A stretch of 64,000 nucleotides of DNA from an uncultured Patescibacteria group bacterium (GTDB lineage Bacteria > Patescibacteriota > Microgenomatia > UBA1400 > PJMF01), in contig CAJQIG010000004.1 in assembly GCA_905478415.1 (NCBI GenBank), positions 203,523 to 267,522 of the forward strand. The letters are read 5' to 3'. Under the pieces are notes generated by a model. The model saw only the letters and a list, made by a program, of their open reading frames with translations. It was not told where the DNA came from and searched no databases. Positions 1 through 9,783 of this stretch are shown in pieces (position 1 is the first letter of the stretch; the number at the start of each line of letters is the position of its first letter). The translations under genes and the position numbers were made by a program.

Positions 1-267
1 ATTGGGAACTCTGACTTTGAGAATTCCATCAACAGCCAACACTCTAGAAATTTCTACCACTACTTTGACAAAGTCATCGTAAATAAAATGTTCGAGAATA
101 TCTTGTGCAATAACTTCAGAAACACTGGCATTTTTGTAAGGAAGTGGCTCCGATACATCATGGAGCACATCTGGTTTGACTGCAGCCACTGCATCAATAT
201 TGACATACCCAGGCCGGTGATCCAGGCCACAGCCCAAGTTGAGTTTTTGTAGTTTCATTTTTTTCAT
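1..267 (-). CDS. Class I SAM-dependent methyltransferase (partial, runs off window start)
   Basis: Manual translation from ATG 267: MKKMKLQKLNLGCGLDHRPGYVNIDAV...LPYKNASVSEVIAQDILEH; LNLGCG SAM motif; open to position 1. Confidence 0.8.
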   Translation of the reverse strand, partial: MKKMKLQKLNLGCGLDHRPGYVNIDAVAAVKPDVLHDVSEPLPYKNASVSEVIAQDILEHFIYDDFVKVVVEISRVLAVDGILKVRVPN

Positions 268-268
268 C

Positions 269-1321
269 TTACTCCAGGATACCCCACAAGGTCAGATACT
301 TATTGGCCATGTTTTGCCATGTTTGTTGTCTTGCCCACTTTGTAGCCACCAAAGGAACTGCTAGCACCTTTTGGAGCTTTTTCACTATCTCTTTTGGGGA
401 TTCTACAACTGAAATCCATTTTGCAAATGGGGTCTTTTGAAGATACTCTTTTGTCAGCAAGTTGTGGTACTGAGCAATAACAGGAGTGCCCCCACTCAGA
501 GCCTCAATAATTGCCAAATACCTCGATACAAAAGCAACCTGATAGTCTGGAAAATGTTGGTCTGCCTGAACTACAAAACCATGAAATGTAACTGATAGGC
601 CATGTTTCTTCACGTACTGTATTGCTTTCTCTAGCTCAGGACCATCCCCATAGACATCAAGATGCCAACTATCATTTTTGTCTTGTAAAATCTTTAATGC
701 TTGAAGGTACTTGCAAATTCCATTATCAGCTGCAACTCTGCCAACAAACACCGCTATCTTTTCTCTTACTTTGACTGTCTTTCTTGGATGTGTAGTAACA
801 GCCCCAAACGATACCATTGTTGGCTGTATCCCATACCACCGTTGATGAAACCCACCGATACAAAGATTGCCTCTAGTAAAAAAGGTTGCAATCTGTCTCC
901 ATCGTCGATGCCATTTTAATGGCAACTCAGTCCCCTGATACCCATGAAAAGTCATGAATATTTTTTTACGTTTATATATGAGTAGTGGCAACAACGGAAG
1001 TAGCCACCAAAAGACATCGTGGACATGAATAATGTCTGCCACAAATAACACAGAGCGGTGCTGCCACATTCCGCGCCAGATAGTTATTTTATGTAAGAGT
1101 TTTGTTGCAGTATCAACTGGTATTCGAAAAATGGTAACTGCATTTTTTTCTTCTGATTTTGCTAGGTTGCTTGCATATTGTTCAGTAAGAATAGTAGTTG
1201 CTATTCCAGTTTTTTGTAGTTCCGTAGCTACTTGTTCAAGATGCTTTTCTACTCCACCCACATGTGGCCAATAAAAATGGGCTAAATGAACAACAGTTGT
1301 TTTTGTACCTGTCCGCGTCAT
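269..1321 (-). CDS. Glycosyltransferase family 4 (GT-B)
   Basis: PHVGGVEKH, DIIHVHD, FVGRV..NG, YGDGP, IIEALSGGTPVI motifs. Confidence 0.9.
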   Translation of the reverse strand: MTRTGTKTTVVHLAHFYWPHVGGVEKHLEQVATELQKTGIATTILTEQYASNLAKSEEKNAVTIFRIPVDTATKLLHKITIWRGMWQHRSVLFVADIIHVHDVFWWLLPLLPLLIYKRKKIFMTFHGYQGTELPLKWHRRWRQIATFFTRGNLCIGGFHQRWYGIQPTMVSFGAVTTHPRKTVKVREKIAVFVGRVAADNGICKYLQALKILQDKNDSWHLDVYGDGPELEKAIQYVKKHGLSVTFHGFVVQADQHFPDYQVAFVSRYLAIIEALSGGTPVIAQYHNLLTKEYLQKTPFAKWISVVESPKEIVKKLQKVLAVPLVATKWARQQTWQNMANKYLTLWGILE

Positions 1322-1354
1322 GCTGCAACCTTTTGTCAGTTTCTTGTCAGATAT

Positions 1355-3205
1355 ATGTCGTTAAATACGACTATGACTTCATTGTACTACAGGGCCAGCA
1401 CATCCCTGAAAGAAAAATTATTTCTTTTACTCTTACGAATAGTATTGTTATTACAGTGCCTCATACTTATCTTGTGGTTAGCAAAACCTGCACAGGCTCA
1501 AACCTATGTGTTTGAAGATGACTTCAGTGCCGGATTCAGCAAGTGGCAGCCAACAAGGGATAGTGGACAGTACTGGGCAATTCATAATGAGACACTTTTT
1601 GGCACCATTAACAGTGGCTTCACTCTTTCAGAACTTGTCCCTCATGATGATTTTTGGAACCCAGATTGGCACAACATTATTTACGAACTTGACTATACTG
1701 CCCTAACTGGTGCCGATAAAAATATTTCATTCCATTTCGAAAATGTTGCCAACTGGTATGAGATTCATTTTAATAGTTCGGGAACGGAAGTGCTGCGCCT
1801 CAAAGATGGGACTGTTCCTTGGAAAGCCCACCGACCCACAACCCTTCAAAACAATACACCCTACCATTTCAAACTCATTCTCAATGAGGGTACTATCAGT
1901 TTCTATATCGACTCAATTCTTATCTTTGAAGAAACTGATCCCACTTTCGATAATAATTATGGAAAAATTGGACTCAAGGCAACTGCTGGCAGTGTAACGC
2001 CCACTCAAATCACGATTGATAACGTCACTGTCTCTCTAATTGAAGAAACTGATCCTCGCTTAGGAGTCAAACGCATCTCCCAACTAGATCCTCAGTGGTC
2101 CTCACTCGAATATGATACGGGCACAACTTGGGCCCCAGATGATCCCAGCATTAGCGCTTGGGGTTGTGCGCTCTCGTCTATGGTCATGATTCTTGATTTC
2201 CATGGCATCACCAAATTCCCAAGTGGAGAACTCATTACTCCAGCTACTCTTAATGCATGGCTCCTCTCACAACCCGATGGATACATAGGAGATGGATTAC
2301 TCAATTGGCTGGCAGTTACGCGATTATCCCAGCAAATCAATCAAGTTTTTGAAACACCAAAACTCGAGTTTAGTATTATTCGTGACAATCTACTTACAAA
2401 AGCAACTTCAGAACTAGTCGAGTTCCTTCGACCAGTGATTATTAACATTCCGGGACACTTTCTAGTAGCCGAAGGCATCACTCAGGTAGAAAATCCAGAT
2501 TTCTATATTCAAGATCCTGCTTTTAGTTACACGCTCCTCAGCGAGCACGAAAAAGAGCCTCTTTCCCTTCGAACGTTTACTCCCAGTTTTACTGACTTAA
2601 GCTATTTTCTTATACACTCACCGGCAACAATCGTCCCCACGCTTGCCCTACAGAAAGAAGATGAACCTCTACAGCTCGACCTACAGACAGAAGCATCAAC
2701 TCTCACAGCTATTACCACTACTGAAGCTGGGACTGCCACCTTTTCCACTAGTTCTTCACCAGCTCAAACCTTGTTGTACCTTCAAAAACCAGATTCTGGC
2801 ACCTACATACTTTCTTTTTCCGGTCCTATCGGAAGCACATACTCTCTAGAACTTTTTCTCTATACTGCAGACGGTACTGCTCAAATTGAAACACTGACTG
2901 GCATCTTTGGACCAAGGTCAGAACAGTATCAACTCACATTTTTAAAAGCAGCCGGCCCGCAACTCCTCAAACAACTCTTCAATTCTGATGACCTCTCTTC
3001 TGACCTCAGCTATTTTCTCGAAAATAAATCTATCACCTCTCACTTTATCTGGTATGAGCTCACCCGGCTGCTCTCACTCTTCGAAACATTTCCAAAACAG
3101 ACTCAAGAACTTAAAAATCATTTCCTGACACTTCTTGCAGAGCATGCTACCGATTTTGAATCAGATACTCTTACCTATTTACAGGCCAAAATTAAGCTTT
3201 TATAG
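1355..3205 (+). CDS. Secreted protein: lectin/DUF1080-like beta-sandwich plus C39-like cysteine peptidase domain
   Basis: Signal-like segment ending PAQA; FEDDFS...GKIGL sandwich; SQLDPQW, GCALSS, GHFLV, IQDPA (Cys-His-Asp). Start uncertain (1286/1355/1373); 1286 would overlap the divergent gene. Confidence 0.7.
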   Translation: MSLNTTMTSLYYRASTSLKEKLFLLLLRIVLLLQCLILILWLAKPAQAQTYVFEDDFSAGFSKWQPTRDSGQYWAIHNETLFGTINSGFTLSELVPHDDFWNPDWHNIIYELDYTALTGADKNISFHFENVANWYEIHFNSSGTEVLRLKDGTVPWKAHRPTTLQNNTPYHFKLILNEGTISFYIDSILIFEETDPTFDNNYGKIGLKATAGSVTPTQITIDNVTVSLIEETDPRLGVKRISQLDPQWSSLEYDTGTTWAPDDPSISAWGCALSSMVMILDFHGITKFPSGELITPATLNAWLLSQPDGYIGDGLLNWLAVTRLSQQINQVFETPKLEFSIIRDNLLTKATSELVEFLRPVIINIPGHFLVAEGITQVENPDFYIQDPAFSYTLLSEHEKEPLSLRTFTPSFTDLSYFLIHSPATIVPTLALQKEDEPLQLDLQTEASTLTAITTTEAGTATFSTSSSPAQTLLYLQKPDSGTYILSFSGPIGSTYSLELFLYTADGTAQIETLTGIFGPRSEQYQLTFLKAAGPQLLKQLFNSDDLSSDLSYFLENKSITSHFIWYELTRLLSLFETFPKQTQELKNHFLTLLAEHATDFESDTLTYLQAKIKLL

Positions 3206-3219
3206 GGTATACTATTCAG

Positions 3220-4290
3220 GTGAAAAAAACTGGCAAAACATTCTGGCATACGTTTGAAAAACCTATCATAGGACTCTCTCCTATGGATGGCGTGACTGAC
3301 CAGCCGTATCGCTTCATTCAAAAAAAGTATGGCCAACCGGATCTTCTCTACACAGAGTTCACTAATGTCGAAGGACTCTGCCACGGAGCTACACAACTCC
3401 TCAAAGATTTTATCTATGACGAATCACAGCGACATATCATCGCCCAAATTTATGGAAAAACTCCCAAATACTTTCGTCAGGTTGCCACTATTGTCTGTGA
3501 ACTTGGATTTGATGGTGTCGATATTAATATGGGCTGTCCTGCCAAAACAGTTGCAAGTTCTGGAGCTGGAGCTGCACTCATAGAAAACCCAGAGCTTGCT
3601 AAAGAAATCATTGTTGCCACGCAAGCAGGGGTCACTGATTTTTTAAATGGAAAAAGAGCTAAGGACTGTGAAGATATTACTCCTCAAATGGCCGCCCTCG
3701 TTTCTCAGCGAGCACAATCTGTTCCAAAAGAGGTTGCCGAAAGAACCGCTATTCCCGTTTCTATCAAAACCAGAGTTGGCTATCATCAGCCAGTCACCAC
3801 AGAGTGGATCTCATTTCTCCTAGAGTTTGAACCTGCAGCTATTGCCCTCCACGGCCGTACCCTTAAACAACATTACACCGGCCTTGCCAGTTGGGAAGAA
3901 ATTGCAGTTGCTGCAGAACTAGCTAAAAAAACCAATACTATTCTTCTTGGTAATGGAGATATCCCGTCACTCTCAGATGCCAAGGAAAAAATTGCTACCT
4001 ACAATGTAGATGGGGTCCTCATTGGCCGTGGCAGCTTTGGAAATCCGTACATCTTTAAAAGTGAACCAGAATCCTCTGATCCTTCACTGACTCAAATTGC
4101 TCTCGAGCACAGTCTCCTCTTCGAGGAGACCTATGGTAAGGACGAACGCTATAATTTTCTACCCATGAGAAAACACCTAGGTTGGTACGTAAAAGGTTTT
4201 AGAGATGCCAAGGAAATTCGTATTGCCCTTTGTCAAAGTAACTCAGCCCAAGAGGTAAAAAATATCTTGATAGAGTATAATTTGATCTAA
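3220..4290 (+). CDS. dus: tRNA-dihydrouridine synthase
   Basis: LSPMDGVTD, YTEF, DINMGCP, VSIKTR, HGRT, GNGDI, IGRG, MRKHLGWY. Confidence 0.93.
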   Translation: MKKTGKTFWHTFEKPIIGLSPMDGVTDQPYRFIQKKYGQPDLLYTEFTNVEGLCHGATQLLKDFIYDESQRHIIAQIYGKTPKYFRQVATIVCELGFDGVDINMGCPAKTVASSGAGAALIENPELAKEIIVATQAGVTDFLNGKRAKDCEDITPQMAALVSQRAQSVPKEVAERTAIPVSIKTRVGYHQPVTTEWISFLLEFEPAAIALHGRTLKQHYTGLASWEEIAVAAELAKKTNTILLGNGDIPSLSDAKEKIATYNVDGVLIGRGSFGNPYIFKSEPESSDPSLTQIALEHSLLFEETYGKDERYNFLPMRKHLGWYVKGFRDAKEIRIALCQSNSAQEVKNILIEYNLI

Positions 4291-4294
4291 CCTC

Positions 4295-4368
4295 GGTCGT
4301 ATAGCTCAGTTGGTTAGAGCGCGCCGTTCACATCGGCGAGGTCTCTGGTTCGAGTCCAGATACGACCA
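4295..4368 (+). tRNA. tRNA-Val (CAC), 3' CCA not encoded
   Basis: GGTCGTA/TACGACC acceptor stem; TAGCTCAGTTGGTTAGAGC D-arm; CGCCG-TTCACAT-CGGCG anticodon arm; TCTGG-TTCGAGT-CCAGA T-arm. Confidence 0.96.
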
Positions 4369-4371
4369 CGT

Positions 4372-4965
4372 ATGAAAGCAATCTACCTAGTCCGCCACTG
4401 TGACTACTCAAATCCCCGCAATATTCTTGTCGGCAGACTTCCTGTTGAGTTATCGCCAACTGGTTTAAAACATGCCGAACGACTCGCCAATTATTTTAGT
4501 GATAAAAAAATTGAAACTATTTATTCTAGTGCAGTCAAACGCTGTCAACAAACGAGTGAAATTATTAGTAACAAAACTATTCCTATCAGGAATGACCAAC
4601 GGCTGCTGGAAACCTTTTCTGCCTATCAAGGGTACTGGGGAGGATTTAACAAAACAACTCAAGAGTTAGACTGGACTAAGTTCTTTGACCACCGAGAAGT
4701 ACTAGGAGGGGAAAGTGCACACGATATTCAAGCTCGAGTTGTCTCCTTCTTCACAGAAATCCTAACTCAGCCTGCAGAAACCATTCTGATCTGTTCCCAT
4801 GGTGACCCCTTATATCTGCTCTACCTTCATCTGATTGGAAAAAAGGATGTTTCAGATGTTGCTATTTATGGAGAATTACCTGACTATCAACCAAAAGGTT
4901 CAATCAGAAAAATTTCTTGCAAAAAAAATAACACTTTCGAGATCTCCCCAATTGTTGAACTGTAA
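4372..4965 (+). CDS. Histidine phosphatase (phosphoglycerate mutase-like) family
   Basis: YLVRH, YSSAVKRCQQT, GGES, ICSHGD. Confidence 0.9.
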   Translation: MKAIYLVRHCDYSNPRNILVGRLPVELSPTGLKHAERLANYFSDKKIETIYSSAVKRCQQTSEIISNKTIPIRNDQRLLETFSAYQGYWGGFNKTTQELDWTKFFDHREVLGGESAHDIQARVVSFFTEILTQPAETILICSHGDPLYLLYLHLIGKKDVSDVAIYGELPDYQPKGSIRKISCKKNNTFEISPIVEL

Positions 4966-4982
4966 ATGCTATACTTTTTTTG

Positions 4983-6647
4983 ATGTCAGGCATGATCACT
5001 TCTCTGAAAAAATATATCTTGTTCTTGTTGGGCATCGGTATTCTCGTCTACGTACCATCATTCACTAATCAACTCTTTTGGGATGATGAACAGTTTATCT
5101 ATAACAACCAGTACGTTCAAACCTTTGATATCCCAAAAATTTTTAGCACCAACACTACTGCAGGAGCTGGAGAAGTAAGTAACTATTATCGACCTCTCAC
5201 AACTCTCTCATTTGCATTCGATTATCAATTTTGGGGAGTAAACCCAATTGGTTATCACTTAACCAATACGCTCTTACATACTTTTGCCGGTGTAGTACTG
5301 TTTCTTTTCTTATTGTCTTTAGGGATGGCGAAAAAACCAGCGGTGACCATTGCTAGTATCTTCTTACTCCATCCCCTTCAGACTGAAGCAGTTGTCTATG
5401 CAAATTCTCGAGGTGATTCATACTATACTTTGTTACTACTCTTGGGACTGCTCTCATTCTCACATCTAGTACAAAAAAAATACCTTACGGCAACATTTTA
5501 TAACTTACGTTTTACTTTTTCTAAAACTTATTTGAGAGCGCTCACCCTCGTTTTCTTTTGTACCAGCATACTAGCTAAGGAAATTGCGGTTGGGAGCGTT
5601 TTGCTTTACCTACTCACCTTTCTGTTTTTCTTGGTACAGAAAAAAACTACTCAAATTAAAACTGGCAGTGTCACTTTGTTGAGCCTGATCGTAAGTTTTT
5701 TTGGATACTTTGCACTCAGATCTTCTCTCCTACAGTTTCAAGAAAATACAAATTTCTTTGCGGGAAGCCCCTATGGTGATTCTGTTCTTGTTCGAATTGC
5801 CACATTTTCAAAGGTCGCACTCATCTACCTGAGATTGATAGTGGCACCATTCAACCTTCATATGGAACGCACTACAGAAATCGTGACTACTCTTGCTTCA
5901 CCATTTACTGCTGCACTTGTTTTTCTAATTGGCATCACTCTGTTTCTCGGCTCAATAGAGTGGAAACAAAAGAATAGTACTTGGATCTGGTTTGGCATTG
6001 TCTGGTTTTTTAGTATGCTTGGCCCTGTTTCTGGAATCATTCCCATAAACGACATCATGTACGAACACTGGCTCTATGTCCCCATGATAGGTTTCTTTAT
6101 TTCCTTGTATGGCTGTTTATCACTGCTTTTCTGGAAGCTAAAAAACCCTTGGCCTCAAGTGACTAATTATCTGGTTGGTACTCTCTTGATCTTCTACAGT
6201 GTGTTAACTATTCGACAAAACTACCTGTGGGCTACTCCAATTCGCTTCTACTCATACATATTGACGTTCCAAGAAACAGCCCGGATCAGAAACAATTTAG
6301 CAATGGCTCATGCTGAAGAAGGAAATTTGATAGAAGCTATCGATAACTATCAAAAATCAATTGCCCTCTCTGATATCTATCCACAAACACATTACAACCT
6401 CGCCAGAAGTTACATTGCCTTGGGTGAAAATGAAAAATCTCTCACAGAACTTGAGACAGCAATCTCTATGCAACCAAAGTTTTTCATTGCGTACCCATTG
6501 ATTATCGAAGTGTTACTAGAACAAAAACAGTTTGATGCAGCATCTAAATATCTGGGCATCTTTAAGGAAGAATATCCAAACCACTCGCTCACTGAGCAAC
6601 TAACGTTACTCCTGGAAAAAACCAAAACATTAGACACTACAGAATAA
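4983..6647 (+). CDS. TMTC-like GT-C membrane glycosyltransferase with C-terminal TPRs
   Basis: FWDD, YYRPL, HPLQTEAV, AKE, EHWLY; many TM segments; TPR-like NNLAMAH and HYNLARSY. Confidence 0.8.
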   Translation: MSGMITSLKKYILFLLGIGILVYVPSFTNQLFWDDEQFIYNNQYVQTFDIPKIFSTNTTAGAGEVSNYYRPLTTLSFAFDYQFWGVNPIGYHLTNTLLHTFAGVVLFLFLLSLGMAKKPAVTIASIFLLHPLQTEAVVYANSRGDSYYTLLLLLGLLSFSHLVQKKYLTATFYNLRFTFSKTYLRALTLVFFCTSILAKEIAVGSVLLYLLTFLFFLVQKKTTQIKTGSVTLLSLIVSFFGYFALRSSLLQFQENTNFFAGSPYGDSVLVRIATFSKVALIYLRLIVAPFNLHMERTTEIVTTLASPFTAALVFLIGITLFLGSIEWKQKNSTWIWFGIVWFFSMLGPVSGIIPINDIMYEHWLYVPMIGFFISLYGCLSLLFWKLKNPWPQVTNYLVGTLLIFYSVLTIRQNYLWATPIRFYSYILTFQETARIRNNLAMAHAEEGNLIEAIDNYQKSIALSDIYPQTHYNLARSYIALGENEKSLTELETAISMQPKFFIAYPLIIEVLLEQKQFDAASKYLGIFKEEYPNHSLTEQLTLLLEKTKTLDTTE

Positions 6648-6651
6648 GTCA

Positions 6652-7338
6652 GTGAGTCCCGCTACAGTACTTGATACTGTGTCTTTTTTTCATCCATTAC
6701 GAACTATCGTCAGTGTTCTGCTAACACTCTTTTTTCCTCATTGTTGCTGTCTCTGCAAAAAGCCCTTCACTCCACTCTGTGAATCCTGTGCAGATAAACT
6801 AGATTTTTGCACCCAGTTTGAAACGAAAATTTTTTACCCCAACAACAAACTACAAGCTGTATGCAGGTTTGATCGAAATTCACAAAAAATAATTCATACA
6901 TTTAAGTATCAAAACATTAAAGACCTTGCTTTCTCCATTGCTAAGCTGATAGTGCTTCATGTTCCACTTCCCCCAACAGACTTCGTTACCTCTGTTCCTC
7001 CCGATCCTCTCCGGAAAAAACAGAGAGGCTTTGATCATACTCAGCTGATTGCTCAAACCATAGCCCAGTACCTAGATACACCATATATTGAGTGTTTTAC
7101 TAAAAAAGAACAAACGCAAGCACAAGCAAAAACCAGATCAAAGGCAGAACGAGAGCAAAATATCAAAAATGCTTTTTCGATTACCACTTCGTTTATAACT
7201 ACAGATATTCTAAATGGCAGTTCTATTCTGCTAGTAGACGATGTCTGCACAACTGGTACAACACTACAATACTGCAATGCATTGCTAGAAGAGTGTGGTT
7301 TCACCACCTCAAATGTAGTTTTCGCCGTCAAAATATAA
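6652..7338 (+). CDS. comF: ComF family phosphoribosyltransferase-fold competence protein
   Basis: CCLC..LCESC zinc ribbon, FKY, RGFDH, LLVDDVCTTGTTL. Confidence 0.9.
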   Translation: MSPATVLDTVSFFHPLRTIVSVLLTLFFPHCCCLCKKPFTPLCESCADKLDFCTQFETKIFYPNNKLQAVCRFDRNSQKIIHTFKYQNIKDLAFSIAKLIVLHVPLPPTDFVTSVPPDPLRKKQRGFDHTQLIAQTIAQYLDTPYIECFTKKEQTQAQAKTRSKAEREQNIKNAFSITTSFITTDILNGSSILLVDDVCTTGTTLQYCNALLEECGFTTSNVVFAVKI

Positions 7339-7412
7339 TTGCATTTTCCATGTATTCATGCGCCAAACTTGAACTATAATAACAGGACTAGAAAATCAAT
7401 TGCTAGGCCGCT

Positions 7413-8855
7413 ATGAAAACATCAATAAAAATTGTTACACCAGGAAATTTTGCACCACACAAACACTGGTATCCCAAAGCACTTAATGCTCAAATCCACC
7501 CGCTCGTTTCCTACTTTATGAATATGGATAATGAACGAATTATTAGACGCTTTGCATATCTTAACCCATCTGTAAATGCAGATTATTTGAGTACACTATT
7601 GCAATATAAACCAAAGTACTTCAAGTGGGCTGGAGCTGACCTAATGCACACCACCACCACTAAGGGTAAAAAACAAATTGTGGTGATCGAAACAAACTCT
7701 TGTCCTTCTGGCCAAAAATCATTTCCGCTGCTTGATGAAAATAAGGAACAGGGTGGCTACAAGGAACTCATTGAAAAAACATTCCTACCGGTCTGGAAAA
7801 AAAGTCCCATTAAAACAGGTATCACCTGTGTCTTCTATGACAAAAATGAAATGGAAAATAGTGGCTATGCCGCCACAATTGCTGATAGCATTAAAAAACA
7901 AGTCTACTTAGTCGAGTATCATGAAAATGAATATGGCCAAACTGTTCGCTACAACTCTAAAACTAAAACACTTGAACTGCTGCTAAAAGACACATGGACC
8001 CCCATTAGAGCTATCTTCCGCTACGTGACCCAAAAACCTTGGAATCGCCTGCCATTGTTCTCCAAAACTAAAATCTTCAATCCTGTGATAGCTTGCTTAG
8101 CTGGCGGTCGAAACAAGCTCATGGCTTCAAAAGCTTATGACTTCTTAAATGCAGAAATTGCTGAAGCCGGACTTAAAATTCAAACACCAACAACCATTTG
8201 GGATGTTAATAAGAATGAAATTCCCCTCTGGATAGAGAAATTTGGTTACAAAGGAGTCATAAAAATTCCGTACAGCAACGCTGGCCAAGGTGTGTTCACC
8301 ATTGTAAACAAGCAAGAACTGGACGCCTTTATGGAACTTGAAATTCCGTATCAAAAATTTATTATCCAGAGGTTAATTGGGCATTATGCCTGGAGTTCTC
8401 AACATGAAAATGAACTCTTTTTTCAAGTTGGAACCATGCCAAGCAAACGCGGCAACAGCTATGTGTTTGACCTTAGAATGCTCGTCCACCATACCCCAGA
8501 AGGCATGAGGCCTCTTGGTTTATACAGTCGAAAAGCTGGCCTCCCCCTTACCGCAGATATTTCTGGAAAAGAATCAAAAGATGTCCTCATGACCAATCTT
8601 TCTGTCAAAAACGATGATGGTAGCTGGGATAGCGATGTCAGTAGACTGCTCCTCATGGATCAGCGTGACTTCAACAAAATTGGCATGAGCCTCGATGACT
8701 TAATTGAAGGCTATGTCCAGTCGGTACTCTGTGTCATTGCCATTGATAAAATGGCTCAACGATTAGTAAGTACTAAAAAGACATTTAAGAAAAAATTATT
8801 TACCTCACTTAATGATGATGAAACATTACTCAAGGAACTCTTCTCCCATGAGTAA
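7413..8855 (+). CDS. Circularly permuted ATP-grasp-like protein of unknown function
   Basis: GAD...IETNSCPSG near the N-terminus, then NKLMASK, VIKIPYSNAGQGV, IIQRLI, FDLR. Confidence 0.6.
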   Translation: MKTSIKIVTPGNFAPHKHWYPKALNAQIHPLVSYFMNMDNERIIRRFAYLNPSVNADYLSTLLQYKPKYFKWAGADLMHTTTTKGKKQIVVIETNSCPSGQKSFPLLDENKEQGGYKELIEKTFLPVWKKSPIKTGITCVFYDKNEMENSGYAATIADSIKKQVYLVEYHENEYGQTVRYNSKTKTLELLLKDTWTPIRAIFRYVTQKPWNRLPLFSKTKIFNPVIACLAGGRNKLMASKAYDFLNAEIAEAGLKIQTPTTIWDVNKNEIPLWIEKFGYKGVIKIPYSNAGQGVFTIVNKQELDAFMELEIPYQKFIIQRLIGHYAWSSQHENELFFQVGTMPSKRGNSYVFDLRMLVHHTPEGMRPLGLYSRKAGLPLTADISGKESKDVLMTNLSVKNDDGSWDSDVSRLLLMDQRDFNKIGMSLDDLIEGYVQSVLCVIAIDKMAQRLVSTKKTFKKKLFTSLNDDETLLKELFSHE

Positions 8856-9738
8856 AACACCTTTTGGATGGCTTCTGGTTACAAAACATTCAAACGAGTA
8901 TAAAAAAAGACGTTTGATCGAAGAAGCTGAAAGAGCAGCTATCGATTTGCGAGTTGTCACTCCAGACCAATTTTTACTCCAAAGCACTTCTTCAAAAAAT
9001 GTGATCAGAGACATTCAGACAGGCACTCCAATCGAGGAACTGCCTACATTCGTAATTTCTTTAGTAGTAGTTGAGGAAAAAGATCCACAGGCATTTGTTC
9101 TGATGGAGCACCTTGCTGCTCTAGACTTATTACTCATCAATAACCCAACATCTGTCAGACATGCAAATGACAAAATGGCTACCTATCGAACTGCTGCTAA
9201 GATGCAAATCAGAATACCCACCACTTTTCTGCACATTCCAGGAACACTACTGACTCTGCAGGAGCACATTCAGTATCCCTGTGTCATAAAACCAAATAAA
9301 GGCCTGAAGGGAACAGGAGTAGAACTAGTACAAAATGTAGAAGATCTGACAACACACCTCAATACAGTCTCAGAACCAACACTAGTCCAAGAAGCCATTG
9401 CCGAAAGTAGCGGAAAAGATGTTCGTGTTCTTATGTTGGGAAATAAACCATTAGGATCCATGCTCCGAGAAAGTAACACTTCATTTACTTCAAATATTGC
9501 TACCGGGGGCTCTGCGAAAATGACAACTATTAATCCAAGCTACGTAGACATTGCCACTGCGCTCTTAAAAAAAATGACTATTACCTTCGGCTCAGTGGAC
9601 TTTCTCTATGGGAAAGATGAAATGGTGCTCTGTGAAGTAAATGCTAACCCGGGATTGAAAATGTTTGAAGCCGTCAGCAATCGTAATATCGCAAAAGAAA
9701 TTCTTCTCTACTGCACTAAACAAAGTCATACAAGCTGA
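8848..9738 (+). CDS. RimK-family ATP-grasp ligase
   Basis: NDKM, IPTT, PCVIKP..G.KGTGV, LVQEAI, KDVR, SNIATGG, VDFL, CEVNANPG; 8-nt overlap with upstream gene. Confidence 0.88.
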   Translation: MSKTPFGWLLVTKHSNEYKKRRLIEEAERAAIDLRVVTPDQFLLQSTSSKNVIRDIQTGTPIEELPTFVISLVVVEEKDPQAFVLMEHLAALDLLLINNPTSVRHANDKMATYRTAAKMQIRIPTTFLHIPGTLLTLQEHIQYPCVIKPNKGLKGTGVELVQNVEDLTTHLNTVSEPTLVQEAIAESSGKDVRVLMLGNKPLGSMLRESNTSFTSNIATGGSAKMTTINPSYVDIATALLKKMTITFGSVDFLYGKDEMVLCEVNANPGLKMFEAVSNRNIAKEILLYCTKQSHTS

Positions 9739-9754
9739 AAAAAACCTCTTTTTC

Positions 9755-9763
9755 TGCTATAAT
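9755..9763 (+). promoter_or_regulatory. Extended -10 promoter for tmRNA
   Basis: TGCTATAAT about 20 nt upstream of the tmRNA 5' end. Confidence 0.6.
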
Positions 9764-9783
9764 AACCTCATAATCTAAAAAGT

